From Candidatus Moraniibacteriota bacterium (GTDB lineage Bacteria; Patescibacteriota; Minisyncoccia; Moranbacterales; UBA2206): 64,000 nucleotides of DNA. The notes beneath the pieces were generated by a model. The model saw nothing but the letters and a program-made list of their open reading frames with translations. It made no database searches and was not told the DNA's origin. A program made the translations under genes and the position numbers. Below, one piece after another: positions 36,608 through 45,537 of the stretch. Position 1 is the stretch's first letter; the number at the start of each line of letters is the position of its first letter. The stretch covers positions 236,589 through 300,588 of the forward strand of contig JAAXWW010000001.1 of NCBI GenBank assembly GCA_013334765.1, in the 5' to 3' direction.

Positions 36608-37339
36608 ATGTCAAGTGCCATAATTCAAGCGAAAAACCTTTGCAAGACCTATTCATCCGAAGGGGTGGCGACTGCGGCGCTTTGCGGCGTCACTTTTTCC
36701 GTGGCCAAAGGCGAATTCATCTCCATTATGGGGCCGTCCGGTTCCGGGAAATCGACCTTGATGCAGATGCTCGGGATGCTGGATCGGCCGACAGGCGGAG
36801 AATATCTTTTCGAAGGAAAGAATATCAATGACTATACTGACGACGAACTGGCCAAGATCCGGAACAAGAAGATCGGGTTCATCTTCCAATCATTCAATCT
36901 TCTGCCCAGGACCAGCGTCTATGAGAACGTGGAACTGCCGCTTCTCTATGATGACGATCATCTGGAGATGAACAATGAAGAAAAGATTATGAAAGCGCTC
37001 CGGTCGGTGGGTATGGAACACCGGGTCGATTATCTTTCCAATCAGCTTTCCGGCGGGGAAAAGCAAAGAGTGGCGGTAGCGCGAGCGCTGGTTAATGATC
37101 CGGAAGTCATTTTCGCGGACGAGCCGACTGGCAATCTGGATTCCAAATCCGGTTTGCAGGTGATGAGGATCCTTCAGGAACTGAACAATCAGGGGCATAC
37201 GATCATCCTGGTGACCCACGAAACGTATACCGCCCAGCATGCCAAAAGGATATTGCAGGTCAAGGATGGAAAATTGGTCGGAGACGCGATCGTTACGAAC
37301 AGGCTGATCGCCAAGGGAGAAGGGGAGCTGTTGAAGTAG
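36608..37339 (+). CDS. ABC transporter ATP-binding protein (MacB/LolD-type)
   Basis: Walker [10 protein letters not shown], signature [15 protein letters not shown], Walker [12 protein letters not shown]. Confidence 0.9.
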   Translation: MSSAIIQAKNLCKTYSSEGVATAALCGVTFSVAKGEFISIMGPSGSGKSTLMQMLGMLDRPTGGEYLFEGKNINDYTDDELAKIRNKKIGFIFQSFNLLPRTSVYENVELPLLYDDDHLEMNNEEKIMKALRSVGMEHRVDYLSNQLSGGEKQRVAVARALVNDPEVIFADEPTGNLDSKSGLQVMRILQELNNQGHTIILVTHETYTAQHAKRILQVKDGKLVGDAIVTNRLIAKGEGELLK

Positions 37340-37437
37340 CATACTGTATACCGTATATTGTATATCGTATGGAAAATACGAAAATAAAATAATTTACTGA
37401 TCTGAATGCATGGAAAGAAAGTCATAAGCTGGTCCTG

Positions 37438-37746
37438 ATGACCTATAGGTATAGCGATAGCTTTCCTAAAAGTGAAATTTTTGGACTAACCAATCAGATC
37501 AGAAGAGCTGTTGTTTCCGTCGTGTCTAATATTGCCGAAGGCTTCAGCAGAAGCACAGTTAGGGATAAATGCCATTTTTATTCAATCGCGCACGGATCGT
37601 TAACGGAATTGCAGAGCCAGCTGATAATTGCAAGAGACCTGCATTTTTTAGAAAAAATCAATTTCGAAAAGCTTGCATCGCAAACCATAGAAGTCTCAAA
37701 GCTTATCAGCGGATTAAAGAGGATAGGAGGTGATACAAAATACTAA
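37438..37746 (+). CDS. four-helix-bundle protein (23S rRNA intervening-sequence protein family, TIGR02436-like)
   Basis: SFPKSEIFGLTNQIRRAVVSVVSNIAEGFSR...GSLTELQSQL. The conserved N-terminus (DLNAWKESHKLVL) is encoded in-frame upstream (37399-37437) without ATG/GTG/TTG (only CTG at 37402). Inverted repeats flank the gene. Confidence 0.7.
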   Translation: MTYRYSDSFPKSEIFGLTNQIRRAVVSVVSNIAEGFSRSTVRDKCHFYSIAHGSLTELQSQLIIARDLHFLEKINFEKLASQTIEVSKLISGLKRIGGDTKY

Positions 37747-37770
37747 ATACGATATACGGAATACGAAGCA

Positions 37771-39012
37771 ATGAAGCTATCAAGCCCGATCAAAATCTCA
37801 TACAAAAACCTGATGGCGGCCAAGTTCCGCTCGTTTTTGACTGTGCTCGGAATCATTATCGGAGTGGCTTCCGTCATCATCGTCATGGCGATCGGGGAAA
37901 GCGCCCAGCAGCTTATCATCGATCAGGTCCAGGGCATCGGAGTCAACCTGATCGGCGTGTTGCCTGGAGCGGCAAGCGACAAAGGCCCGCCGGCTTCGGT
38001 TTTCGGGATTGTCACTACGACTTTGAAAATTGACGACATGAACGCGATATTGGAAAAGCGGAACGTTCCCAATGCGGTGGCGGCTTCGGGATATGTCAGT
38101 GGCTCAGCCGTGGCCAAATACGAAAGCAATTCTCCGACGACCAGCTATCAAGGCGTGTCAGCCAGTTTTCCCAATATTGAAAAAGTGGAATTGGGAGCGG
38201 GACGCTTCTTCACTTCGGCTGAAGATTCCGGCTTGGCCAGAGTGGCGGTCTTGGGCGCTGCCAGGGCGGAAGACCTTTTCGGCAACCAGGATCCGATCGG
38301 CAAGGTCTTTACTCTCAAGGATACTAATTTCACAGTCATCGGGGTTTTCGACAAGCGCGGCTCGAGCGGGTTCTCCAATACTGATGAGCTGGTCTATATT
38401 CCCCTGCAGACAGCCCAGAAACTGATGCTGGGCATCGATTACCTGAATTTCATGCGCATTGAAATAGATTCTTCTGATAATGTCGATCGGGCGACGGCCG
38501 ATGTCAAGCTGACCTTGCGCGAACGCCATCGGATCGCAGATCCGTCGGACGACGATTTCTCAGTGAGAAGCACGGCTCAAGCGCTTTCGACCATAACCAA
38601 CGTTACGAACATACTTAAATATTTCCTGACCGGCATCGCTGCCATTTCCCTTTTGGTCGGCGGGATAGGCATAATGAATATCATGCTCATTTCGGTCCAG
38701 CAGCGCATCCGGGAAGTCGGCCTCAGGAAAGCGGTAGGCGCCAGGCGGAGGCATATCATCGTTCAATTCCTGATCGAATCCATATTCATCACTTTGATCG
38801 GAGGAATTATCGGGATCATCCTAGGAATAATGATAGCTTTTTTGGCGGCAGTCATCATAAACTCGCTCGGCTATGATTGGAAATTCATGATAACGGCAAG
38901 CTCTATCCTGGTAGCGACTTCGGTTTCCATAATCATCGGAGTGATTTTCGGGCTTTATCCGGCCAGGAAAGCGGCCAGGATTTCTCCGATGGAGGCGCTC
39001 CGGTATGAATGA
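37771..39012 (+). CDS. ABC transporter permease, MacB/FtsX family
   Basis: MacB_PCD plus FtsX C-terminal 4-TM domain. Confidence 0.85.
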   Translation: MKLSSPIKISYKNLMAAKFRSFLTVLGIIIGVASVIIVMAIGESAQQLIIDQVQGIGVNLIGVLPGAASDKGPPASVFGIVTTTLKIDDMNAILEKRNVPNAVAASGYVSGSAVAKYESNSPTTSYQGVSASFPNIEKVELGAGRFFTSAEDSGLARVAVLGAARAEDLFGNQDPIGKVFTLKDTNFTVIGVFDKRGSSGFSNTDELVYIPLQTAQKLMLGIDYLNFMRIEIDSSDNVDRATADVKLTLRERHRIADPSDDDFSVRSTAQALSTITNVTNILKYFLTGIAAISLLVGGIGIMNIMLISVQQRIREVGLRKAVGARRRHIIVQFLIESIFITLIGGIIGIILGIMIAFLAAVIINSLGYDWKFMITASSILVATSVSIIIGVIFGLYPARKAARISPMEALRYE

Positions 39013-39114
39013 TAAAAAATCCAAAATCCAAACCAAGTCCAAAATCCCAACTCCTGAATCATGAATATTTTTTGAGCTTTGGATTTTGAAGTTTGGATTT
39101 GCACATAACTCATT

Positions 39115-40371
39115 ATGTTCCGCCAATTTTTCACATCCGTAAGATTCGCGATTAAGAACCTCCGCTCCAATGTGGCGAGGACCGTTTTGACGCTGTTCGG
39201 GATAGTCATCGGGATCATGGCGGTCATCGTGGTCTCTTCCAGCGGACAAGGCGTCAAGGATTATATCCTTGGCCAATTCGACAGTTATGGGGATGATCTC
39301 ATTCAAATAGAAACCAAGATACCTTCGACGTCGAAGAATTCCAGCGAAAACGCGATGGGCCAAGCGCAAGGAGTGGAAATCACGACGCTTAAGACTTCGG
39401 ATGGAGAAGCGCTTTTGAAGATTCCCAACGTTTCCAAATACGCGGCCGGAGATTTGGGGCAGGAAATCGTTTCCCGCCAGAGCGAGAACAAAAGGACGAT
39501 ACTTTACGGCGTGGGCGCCAATATGCCGGACATAGACAAGGGGATAAAATTATCAGAAGGGACTTTCTATTCGGATCAGGACGATGCGAGCTTGGCGCAA
39601 GTGGCAGTCATCGGTTCCGACATCAAAGAGACATTTTTCGGAAACGATGACGCGATCGGGAAGGATATCAAGATAAAGGGGATGAATTTCCGGGTGATCG
39701 GCGTGGCGGAAAAACGAGGAGCGGTGACTTTCTTCAATTATGACGAGCTTATCTATATCCCGGTCAGGACATTGGAAAAAAAGATCATGGGAATCGATCA
39801 CGTTCAATTCATTTCGCTCAAAGTCAAAGACGTGAAATCGGTGGATGTGACGGCGGCCGACGTGACCGACACGATGCGCCGGCTTCATAATATCCATAAT
39901 CCGGATCAGGACGATTTCGCCGTTTCGACTATGCAGGAAGCGCGGGATACTATCGATAGCGTTTTCGGAACGATCGACATCCTCCTTCTGGCGCTCACTT
40001 CCATTTCGCTTGTCGTCGGCGGAGTCGGGATAATGAACGTGATGTATGTGGCTGTCATTGAGAGGACATTCGAGATCGGCCTCCGGAAATCGGTCGGCGC
40101 GAGGTCGGCTGATATCCGGAATCAGTTCCTGCTGGAAGCAGTGATTATCACGCTCATTGGGGGCATAGCAGGCATAATCCTCGGCTATCTGGTTTCGGTC
40201 GGCTTCTCATACGTGTTGGCTTCTATGGGTTTTTCCCTCAAATTCTCGATCACTCTGAAATCGGTTCTGATTTCGGTCGGCTTCTCGATGGGGACTGGGA
40301 TAATTTTCGGATTCTATCCGGCATATAAAGCCTCGAAACTTTCTCCGATGGAAGCGCTGAGGAAGGAATAA
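39115..40371 (+). CDS. ABC transporter permease, MacB/FtsX family (second copy)
   Basis: Paralog of the previous gene. Confidence 0.85.
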   Translation: MFRQFFTSVRFAIKNLRSNVARTVLTLFGIVIGIMAVIVVSSSGQGVKDYILGQFDSYGDDLIQIETKIPSTSKNSSENAMGQAQGVEITTLKTSDGEALLKIPNVSKYAAGDLGQEIVSRQSENKRTILYGVGANMPDIDKGIKLSEGTFYSDQDDASLAQVAVIGSDIKETFFGNDDAIGKDIKIKGMNFRVIGVAEKRGAVTFFNYDELIYIPVRTLEKKIMGIDHVQFISLKVKDVKSVDVTAADVTDTMRRLHNIHNPDQDDFAVSTMQEARDTIDSVFGTIDILLLALTSISLVVGGVGIMNVMYVAVIERTFEIGLRKSVGARSADIRNQFLLEAVIITLIGGIAGIILGYLVSVGFSYVLASMGFSLKFSITLKSVLISVGFSMGTGIIFGFYPAYKASKLSPMEALRKE

Positions 40372-40396
40372 TACCCCGAAATTACGCCATAAACTG

Positions 40397-40427
40397 AAAA
40401 AGCCGCAAGTTGTGGGCTTTTTTTGTT
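40397..40427 (+). terminator. rho-independent terminator after efflux operon
   Basis: aaaaagcc-gcaagttgtg-ggcttttttt. Confidence 0.6.
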
Positions 40428-40477
40428 TGTGATAGGCTTTATTAAAGAAAAACTTTAGCTTTAATGGCGTAAAAACT

Positions 40478-40888
40478 ATGGAACACGAAATGCAAGAGGA
40501 AGAAAAAATCCATGATGCTGTGACTGAAGAGATTGAAGAAAAAGACGACGAAGCAGAGAGTGAATCGAACTGTGCGGAAGACGCGAAAAGGAAGAAACGG
40601 GAACATTATGTCGAGATCATCCTCTTTCTGGTTCTGGGAATCCTTGTCGGGATCGCGATCAAGACTGAAGCGATCAAGAAAATAACGGTAGGCTTCGATG
40701 ACTACAAGATGAAAGCGGAAAGCCAGGACTATGATATAAACAAGCTGCAGAGCGATTTGGCAAGTGAAAGGGCCGCGCAGGATGCTGCAAGCCAAGCAGA
40801 AGAGAATCAGGTTCAGGACGGAGGATCGGCTGATGAGCAGGCGAAGGTACAGGATCAAGGCGCCAACAGCCAGACCCCAGGGCAATAG
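40478..40888 (+). CDS. hypothetical acidic membrane-anchored protein (136 aa)
   Basis: Acidic N-terminus, one TM, Q/D/A-rich tail. Confidence 0.45.
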   Translation: MEHEMQEEEKIHDAVTEEIEEKDDEAESESNCAEDAKRKKREHYVEIILFLVLGILVGIAIKTEAIKKITVGFDDYKMKAESQDYDINKLQSDLASERAAQDAASQAEENQVQDGGSADEQAKVQDQGANSQTPGQ

Positions 40889-40943
40889 GCGGCGTGTTCG
40901 CAAAGAGCGAATGCATATATCGAAATCATAATAAGCTTTAATA

Positions 40944-42062
40944 ATGAGAAATATGGAAGAAGAAAAGAAAACAGAATCCGAAGCGCCTTGCGAATGCGGG
41001 TGCGAATGCGGGTGCGAAAATGAAGACGGGAAAAATAAAAAATGCTGCAGCGAAAAAGATAGCAAGAAAATGAAAAACATCATTTCCTTGGTGATACTTC
41101 TCGGGGGTCTTTTCATTGGAAGCCTTTTCGTGGATGTGGCGCAGATGGTGCGGGGAAGCGGATTCTCGACCAAGAACCTCAACCGTTCGGAAATATTCCA
41201 ATCGGAAGGGAAGACCTGGGTGGCATATTCCGAGCCGGCTGTTCCGGTCCAGGTCATCAATGACGATTCCTGCGACAAGTGCGACGTGAGTGATGCTTTG
41301 GTTTGGATGAGAAGGATCGTGCCGACTATTTCTACTGAGAAAGTCGATTATAGCTCAGCCAAAGGAAAAGAGCTGATTCAGAAATTCGGGATCAAAACCC
41401 TGCCGGCTTTCGTTTTCGGTAGCGATGTGACGAAAACCGATTTCTATTCGCAGGCTCAGACTCTTTTCACCGAAAAGGACAACCGATTCCTTCTGAATTC
41501 CGACCAGATCGGCCTTCCAGTTGGAAAATATCTCGAATCGCCGGCTGTTTTCGATAATGACGCGATTTCCGGACCGAAAGACGCCAAGGTGAAAGTGGTC
41601 ATTTTCTCCGATTTCCAGTGCCCCTATTGCAAGGTGTTCTTTCAGAACTTGAGAACTGTCATGGGGCAATACCAGGACAATGTGCTTTTCGACTTCAAAG
41701 AGCTTCCTCTTGATATCCATCCTCAGGCCGATAACGCGGCACTGGCTTCGGAATGCGCCCTAGAGCAGGGAAAGTTCTGGGAATATGCCGACAAGCTGTA
41801 TGCCGCGCAGGCCGAATGGGGCGCGACCAAGGATACTTCCAAATTCAAGAGCTATGCCGTGGCATTGAAACTCGATACTGCCAAATTCAACTCATGTTTG
41901 GACAGCAAGAAATACAAGGACAAGGTCGCGGCTGATGTGCAACAGGCGGCCGACCTCGGTCTCACCGGAACCCCGTCGATTTTCGTCAACAACAATTTCG
42001 ACAGCGGAGCTCTGACAGCCGATCAGCTGAAGGGTATGATCGACGCGGAGCTCAATAAATAG
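40944..42062 (+). CDS. DsbA-like thiol:disulfide oxidoreductase with N-terminal CECGCECGCE motif
   Basis: Thioredoxin-fold CxxC (FQCPYCKVF), TM anchor, and an N-terminal Cys-Glu repeat. Confidence 0.7.
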   Translation: MRNMEEEKKTESEAPCECGCECGCENEDGKNKKCCSEKDSKKMKNIISLVILLGGLFIGSLFVDVAQMVRGSGFSTKNLNRSEIFQSEGKTWVAYSEPAVPVQVINDDSCDKCDVSDALVWMRRIVPTISTEKVDYSSAKGKELIQKFGIKTLPAFVFGSDVTKTDFYSQAQTLFTEKDNRFLLNSDQIGLPVGKYLESPAVFDNDAISGPKDAKVKVVIFSDFQCPYCKVFFQNLRTVMGQYQDNVLFDFKELPLDIHPQADNAALASECALEQGKFWEYADKLYAAQAEWGATKDTSKFKSYAVALKLDTAKFNSCLDSKKYKDKVAADVQQAADLGLTGTPSIFVNNNFDSGALTADQLKGMIDAELNK

Positions 42063-42086
42063 TCCGGAATAAGCGAGATTGCAAGA

Positions 42087-42118
42087 AACATCCTTGATTT
42101 TCAAGGATGTTTTTTCTT
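42087..42118 (+). terminator. rho-independent terminator
   Basis: aacatccttga-ttt-tcaaggatgtt followed by ttttcttt. Confidence 0.8.
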
Positions 42119-42299
42119 TATTTTTATTTTATCTCTCTTGTGATAGACTGAAAATCGGTTCTTTCTTATTTTTCTCCTGAAATTTCAGATTTGATCTGAT
42201 TTCCAGCGGTGGCTGTTGTTTTGAATTTTATGAGTTTGCTGTTCAGGCGGCTTTCGATGGATCATGCAAACTTGAAAAAATATCCCAAGGAAGGTAGTT

Positions 42300-43094
42300 A
42301 TGGAAGCCTTGATTGCTGATAAGAAGCGGATTCGTTGTATCAACTACAGATATCCAAGAGGATATGCGGTCAAACCTGTCAGCGAACAGGTCAGGACCCT
42401 GCTGGCTGATTTCGGGTCAATCGGGCTGAGTCTTGATGTCCCGGAGCTAGCCCAGCAAAAAAAAGAGACAACTTTTTCCCCTCGGAACGCCGAAGGGATG
42501 TTTGTTTTCCCATGGTGGAAATGCCTGGCTGGTTCATATCTTGGAGCAGTCAGTGCGGCTGTTTCTTTGCTTGAGCGGAAAATAGATACTGATATCGACA
42601 TCGGATTATTGTCTGCCATAAGGAGATCCAGACATACGGAACAAGCGCTATCGATAATCTCCGAAAAACAATCAAGTAATACGTTGGTTATTCCAGCTCA
42701 GCTTGGTTATTTTTTCCAGAATATCGGAGTGAAGGCGTCGGATGAGTCATTCCTGAATGAAGCCGATTCGTATAGCGGCAAGCTGATCTATCCGGATATG
42801 TTCGGGCTGGGAGTGTTCGAAGTTCTGATGATTCTTCTGACTCATCCGGAAAGATTGCTTGGTCAAGGAGGCAATACCGGGTGCGATTCTGATGTTGTCG
42901 AGAAGAGCCTAGCTATCGATTGCCCTGCTGACAACTGCATCGATGAGATCGATTGGAGGAAAGGACGCGAAGTCGTGAGATCGTCACCGTATTTTTTTTC
43001 TGATTATGGGGACAGTATTTCGCTAGGGTTGTGGCCGCATTATCTATCCAACATCTCTTCCGGTATTGCTACGGGATTCTTTCCAAGATCATGA
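42300..43094 (+). CDS. hypothetical protein (264 aa)
   Basis: AAGGAAGG Shine-Dalgarno 5 nt upstream; no recognisable domain. Confidence 0.5.
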   Translation: MEALIADKKRIRCINYRYPRGYAVKPVSEQVRTLLADFGSIGLSLDVPELAQQKKETTFSPRNAEGMFVFPWWKCLAGSYLGAVSAAVSLLERKIDTDIDIGLLSAIRRSRHTEQALSIISEKQSSNTLVIPAQLGYFFQNIGVKASDESFLNEADSYSGKLIYPDMFGLGVFEVLMILLTHPERLLGQGGNTGCDSDVVEKSLAIDCPADNCIDEIDWRKGREVVRSSPYFFSDYGDSISLGLWPHYLSNISSGIATGFFPRS

Positions 43095-43182
43095 ATCCTG
43101 GCATTATCGGATCATTCAAGGACTGCTCGCGCATCTGCGGGCAGTCCTTTTTTCTTTGGTTTCCTGCTCTTGCGCTATGTGG

Positions 43183-43188
43183 TATAAT
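43183..43188 (+). promoter_or_regulatory. extended -10 (TGgTATAAT) 7 nt upstream of porG ATG (leaderless mRNA candidate)
   Basis: tgtggtataat-gataggc-ATG. Confidence 0.4.
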
Positions 43189-43195
43189 GATAGGC

Positions 43196-43765
43196 ATGAA
43201 ATATCATAAAGACATTTTAGAAGTAATATTCTATGCCAGGGGCGGTCAGGGAGCGAAAAGCGCTGCTGAGATCTTGGCGCAGTCGGCGCTCAAAGAAGGA
43301 AAGTTCGTGCAGTCTTTTCCGAGCTTCGGTCCTGAAAGGAGTGGCGCGCCGACTAAGACATATCTCAGGATATCGAACCGGGAAATCCGCACGCATGAGC
43401 CTGTCGTTGATCCGGACATCGCTGTCGTCCTCGACGAGACGCTTTTGGAATCGGAACCGGTCACGCAAGGCTTGGACAAGAACGAAGCCATAATCGTGAA
43501 CACTGAAATGACGGCGCAGGAAGTGAAGAACATATTGCGATTCGACGGTAAGGTTTATCCGACAGCTGCCAATAGGATTTCGATGGATATCGTCGGTCAG
43601 CCCAGGCCGAACACCGTCATTCTGGGCAAGCTGGTCCAGGTAACCGAGATGGTGAAGCTGGAAAGCGTCCTGGAAGAATTCAGGAATATTTTCGAAGCCA
43701 AAGTCGGGAAAGAGATCACCGACAAGAACATCGCCGCCATAGAGAAGGCGTATGATTTGATATAA
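43196..43765 (+). CDS. porG: pyruvate:ferredoxin oxidoreductase gamma subunit
   Basis: IFYARGGQGAKSAAEILAQ... The track ORF is 5'-extended to 43031. Confidence 0.8.
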   Translation: MKYHKDILEVIFYARGGQGAKSAAEILAQSALKEGKFVQSFPSFGPERSGAPTKTYLRISNREIRTHEPVVDPDIAVVLDETLLESEPVTQGLDKNEAIIVNTEMTAQEVKNILRFDGKVYPTAANRISMDIVGQPRPNTVILGKLVQVTEMVKLESVLEEFRNIFEAKVGKEITDKNIAAIEKAYDLI

Positions 43766-43808
43766 TATTCAAAAAAACAGTCAGTGTTAAAGAATAAGGA
43801 ATATTTTT

Positions 43809-44081
43809 ATGGATAATAAAAAAAGGGAAATCGCGATAAAGCATGATATCAAGAAAGCTCCCAAGACCGGGAACTGGAGATATATGCGTCCGGAAGTGGA
43901 CAAAGAGAAATGCATCGGCTGCACTACCTGCGTTCCTTTCTGTCCGGATGTCTCCATCGAGATGAAGAAGTGGAAAGATGGGGAAAAGGACAAGGCGGAT
44001 ATTGACTATGATTTCTGCAAGGGTTGCGGGGTTTGCGCGGACGTGTGTCCGGTGAAAGCGATAAGAATGCTTAAGAAATAG
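43809..44081 (+). CDS. porD: pyruvate:ferredoxin oxidoreductase delta subunit (2x[4Fe-4S] ferredoxin)
   Basis: CIGCTTCVPFCP and CKGCGVCADVCP. Confidence 0.85.
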   Translation: MDNKKREIAIKHDIKKAPKTGNWRYMRPEVDKEKCIGCTTCVPFCPDVSIEMKKWKDGEKDKADIDYDFCKGCGVCADVCPVKAIRMLKK

Positions 44082-44089
44082 AAATTGCT

Positions 44090-45241
44090 ATGGCAATAAA
44101 GAATAATGACAACAGGAAGGCGTTGACTGGCGGAGCCGCGATAGCGGAAGCTCTTCGTCAGATCGGTCCGGATGTGATGCCGGTCTATCCGATCACGCCC
44201 CAGACGCCGATCATCGAAACATATGCCAAGTTCGTGGCAGACGGGGAAGCCGATACGGAAATGATAGAAGTCGAATCGGAGCATAGTGCCATTTCGGCGG
44301 CAGTCGGAGCGAGCGCCGCCGGAGCGCGCACTGTCACGGCGACGAGTTCCCAAGGGCTGGCTCTTATGCACGAGATCTTGTATATCGCGAGCGGGATGCG
44401 GCTGCCGATCCTGATGCCGGTGGCGGCTCGGGCGCTGGCTTCGCCGATCAATATCCATGGCGATCACAGCGATGTCATGGGCGCGCGGGACGCGGGCTGG
44501 ATCCAGCTGTTCGCGGAAAATCCCCAGGAGGCATATGACAAGACGATTATCGGAATGAGGCTGGCAGAGGCTGCCAAACTGCCGGTGATGGTCATTATCG
44601 ATGGATTCAATACTTCCCATAGTGTTGAGAATCTGGAAATGCTTGACGGAAAGGCAGTCAAGAAATTCGTCGGTGAATACAAGGCGGAAAAATCGCTTTT
44701 GGATGTCGCGAATCCGGTGACTTTCGGATCGTTCGCGCTTCAGGATACGTTCTTCGAATTCAAGATCGAACAGGAAAAGGCGATGGCGGAAGCGCTCGAT
44801 CAATACAGGAAAATAGCCAAGGAATATGCCGCGATAAGCGGAAGGGAATATTCCTTGTTTGAAAAATATGCGACGAAAGATGCTGACAAGATCCTTGTCA
44901 TGGCTGGTTCGGCCGCAGGAACGACCAAGGACGCGATTGATGAATTGAGAGCCAAAGGGAAAAAGGTCGGACTCATTGAAATCGAGCTGTTCCGGCCATT
45001 CCCGCGCAAAGAACTGCTGAAGGCGCTTTCCGGCGCCAAGGAGATCATCGTGATGGATCGGGCGCAGTCGATCGGATCCAACCCGCCTTTCTATACTGAA
45101 ATCGTTTCCGCTATGCATGATTCGAAAAAAACCGGCTGCGACATCAGGTCTTTCATTTATGGAATCGGAGGACGGGATCTTTTCAAGAGCCAGATCATCG
45201 ATTTGGTGAATGGGAAAATCAAGGGTAAGTATTTAAATTAG
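44090..45241 (+). CDS. porA: pyruvate:ferredoxin oxidoreductase alpha subunit
   Basis: PFOR domain I / pyrimidine-binding domain. Confidence 0.85.
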   Translation: MAIKNNDNRKALTGGAAIAEALRQIGPDVMPVYPITPQTPIIETYAKFVADGEADTEMIEVESEHSAISAAVGASAAGARTVTATSSQGLALMHEILYIASGMRLPILMPVAARALASPINIHGDHSDVMGARDAGWIQLFAENPQEAYDKTIIGMRLAEAAKLPVMVIIDGFNTSHSVENLEMLDGKAVKKFVGEYKAEKSLLDVANPVTFGSFALQDTFFEFKIEQEKAMAEALDQYRKIAKEYAAISGREYSLFEKYATKDADKILVMAGSAAGTTKDAIDELRAKGKKVGLIEIELFRPFPRKELLKALSGAKEIIVMDRAQSIGSNPPFYTEIVSAMHDSKKTGCDIRSFIYGIGGRDLFKSQIIDLVNGKIKGKYLN

Positions 45242-45250
45242 TATTTCGAT

Positions 45251-45535
45251 ATGACAAAGAAAAAAGAAATGAGTATCGATGATTTGGCGGTGCTGATTAA
45301 AAAAGAGTTCGACCGAGTCGATGACAGGTTCGCTGGCATTGATAAAAGATTCGCTGGCATTGATAAAAGGTTTGTAAACATCGACAAAAGATTCGATGGC
45401 GTCGAAGAGCGTTTGGATAGGCTTGAGTTCAGTCAGAAAGATATCCGGAACGAGCTGAATTTCATGGTGCATAAGTTCGAGCTGAAAGAGCTCGAATACA
45501 GGGTTGAGAAATTGGAAAAGAAATTTTCAAAATAA
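45251..45535 (+). CDS. 94-aa coiled-coil repeat protein inserted between porA and porB
   Basis: Heptad repeats RFAGIDK RFAGIDK RFVNIDK RFDGVEE encoded by a 21-bp tandem DNA repeat (about 45313-45400). No Shine-Dalgarno; 2-nt gap to porB. Confidence 0.4.
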   Translation: MTKKKEMSIDDLAVLIKKEFDRVDDRFAGIDKRFAGIDKRFVNIDKRFDGVEERLDRLEFSQKDIRNELNFMVHKFELKELEYRVEKLEKKFSK

Positions 45536-45537
45536 TT

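Noticed and set aside
39013-39114. tccaaaa / ttggattt direct and inverted repeats between the two permease genes
   Set aside because: Low-complexity A/T-rich repeats with imperfect pairing and no clear stem plus U-tract. They are probably just spacer sequence and not a member of the three palindromic families.
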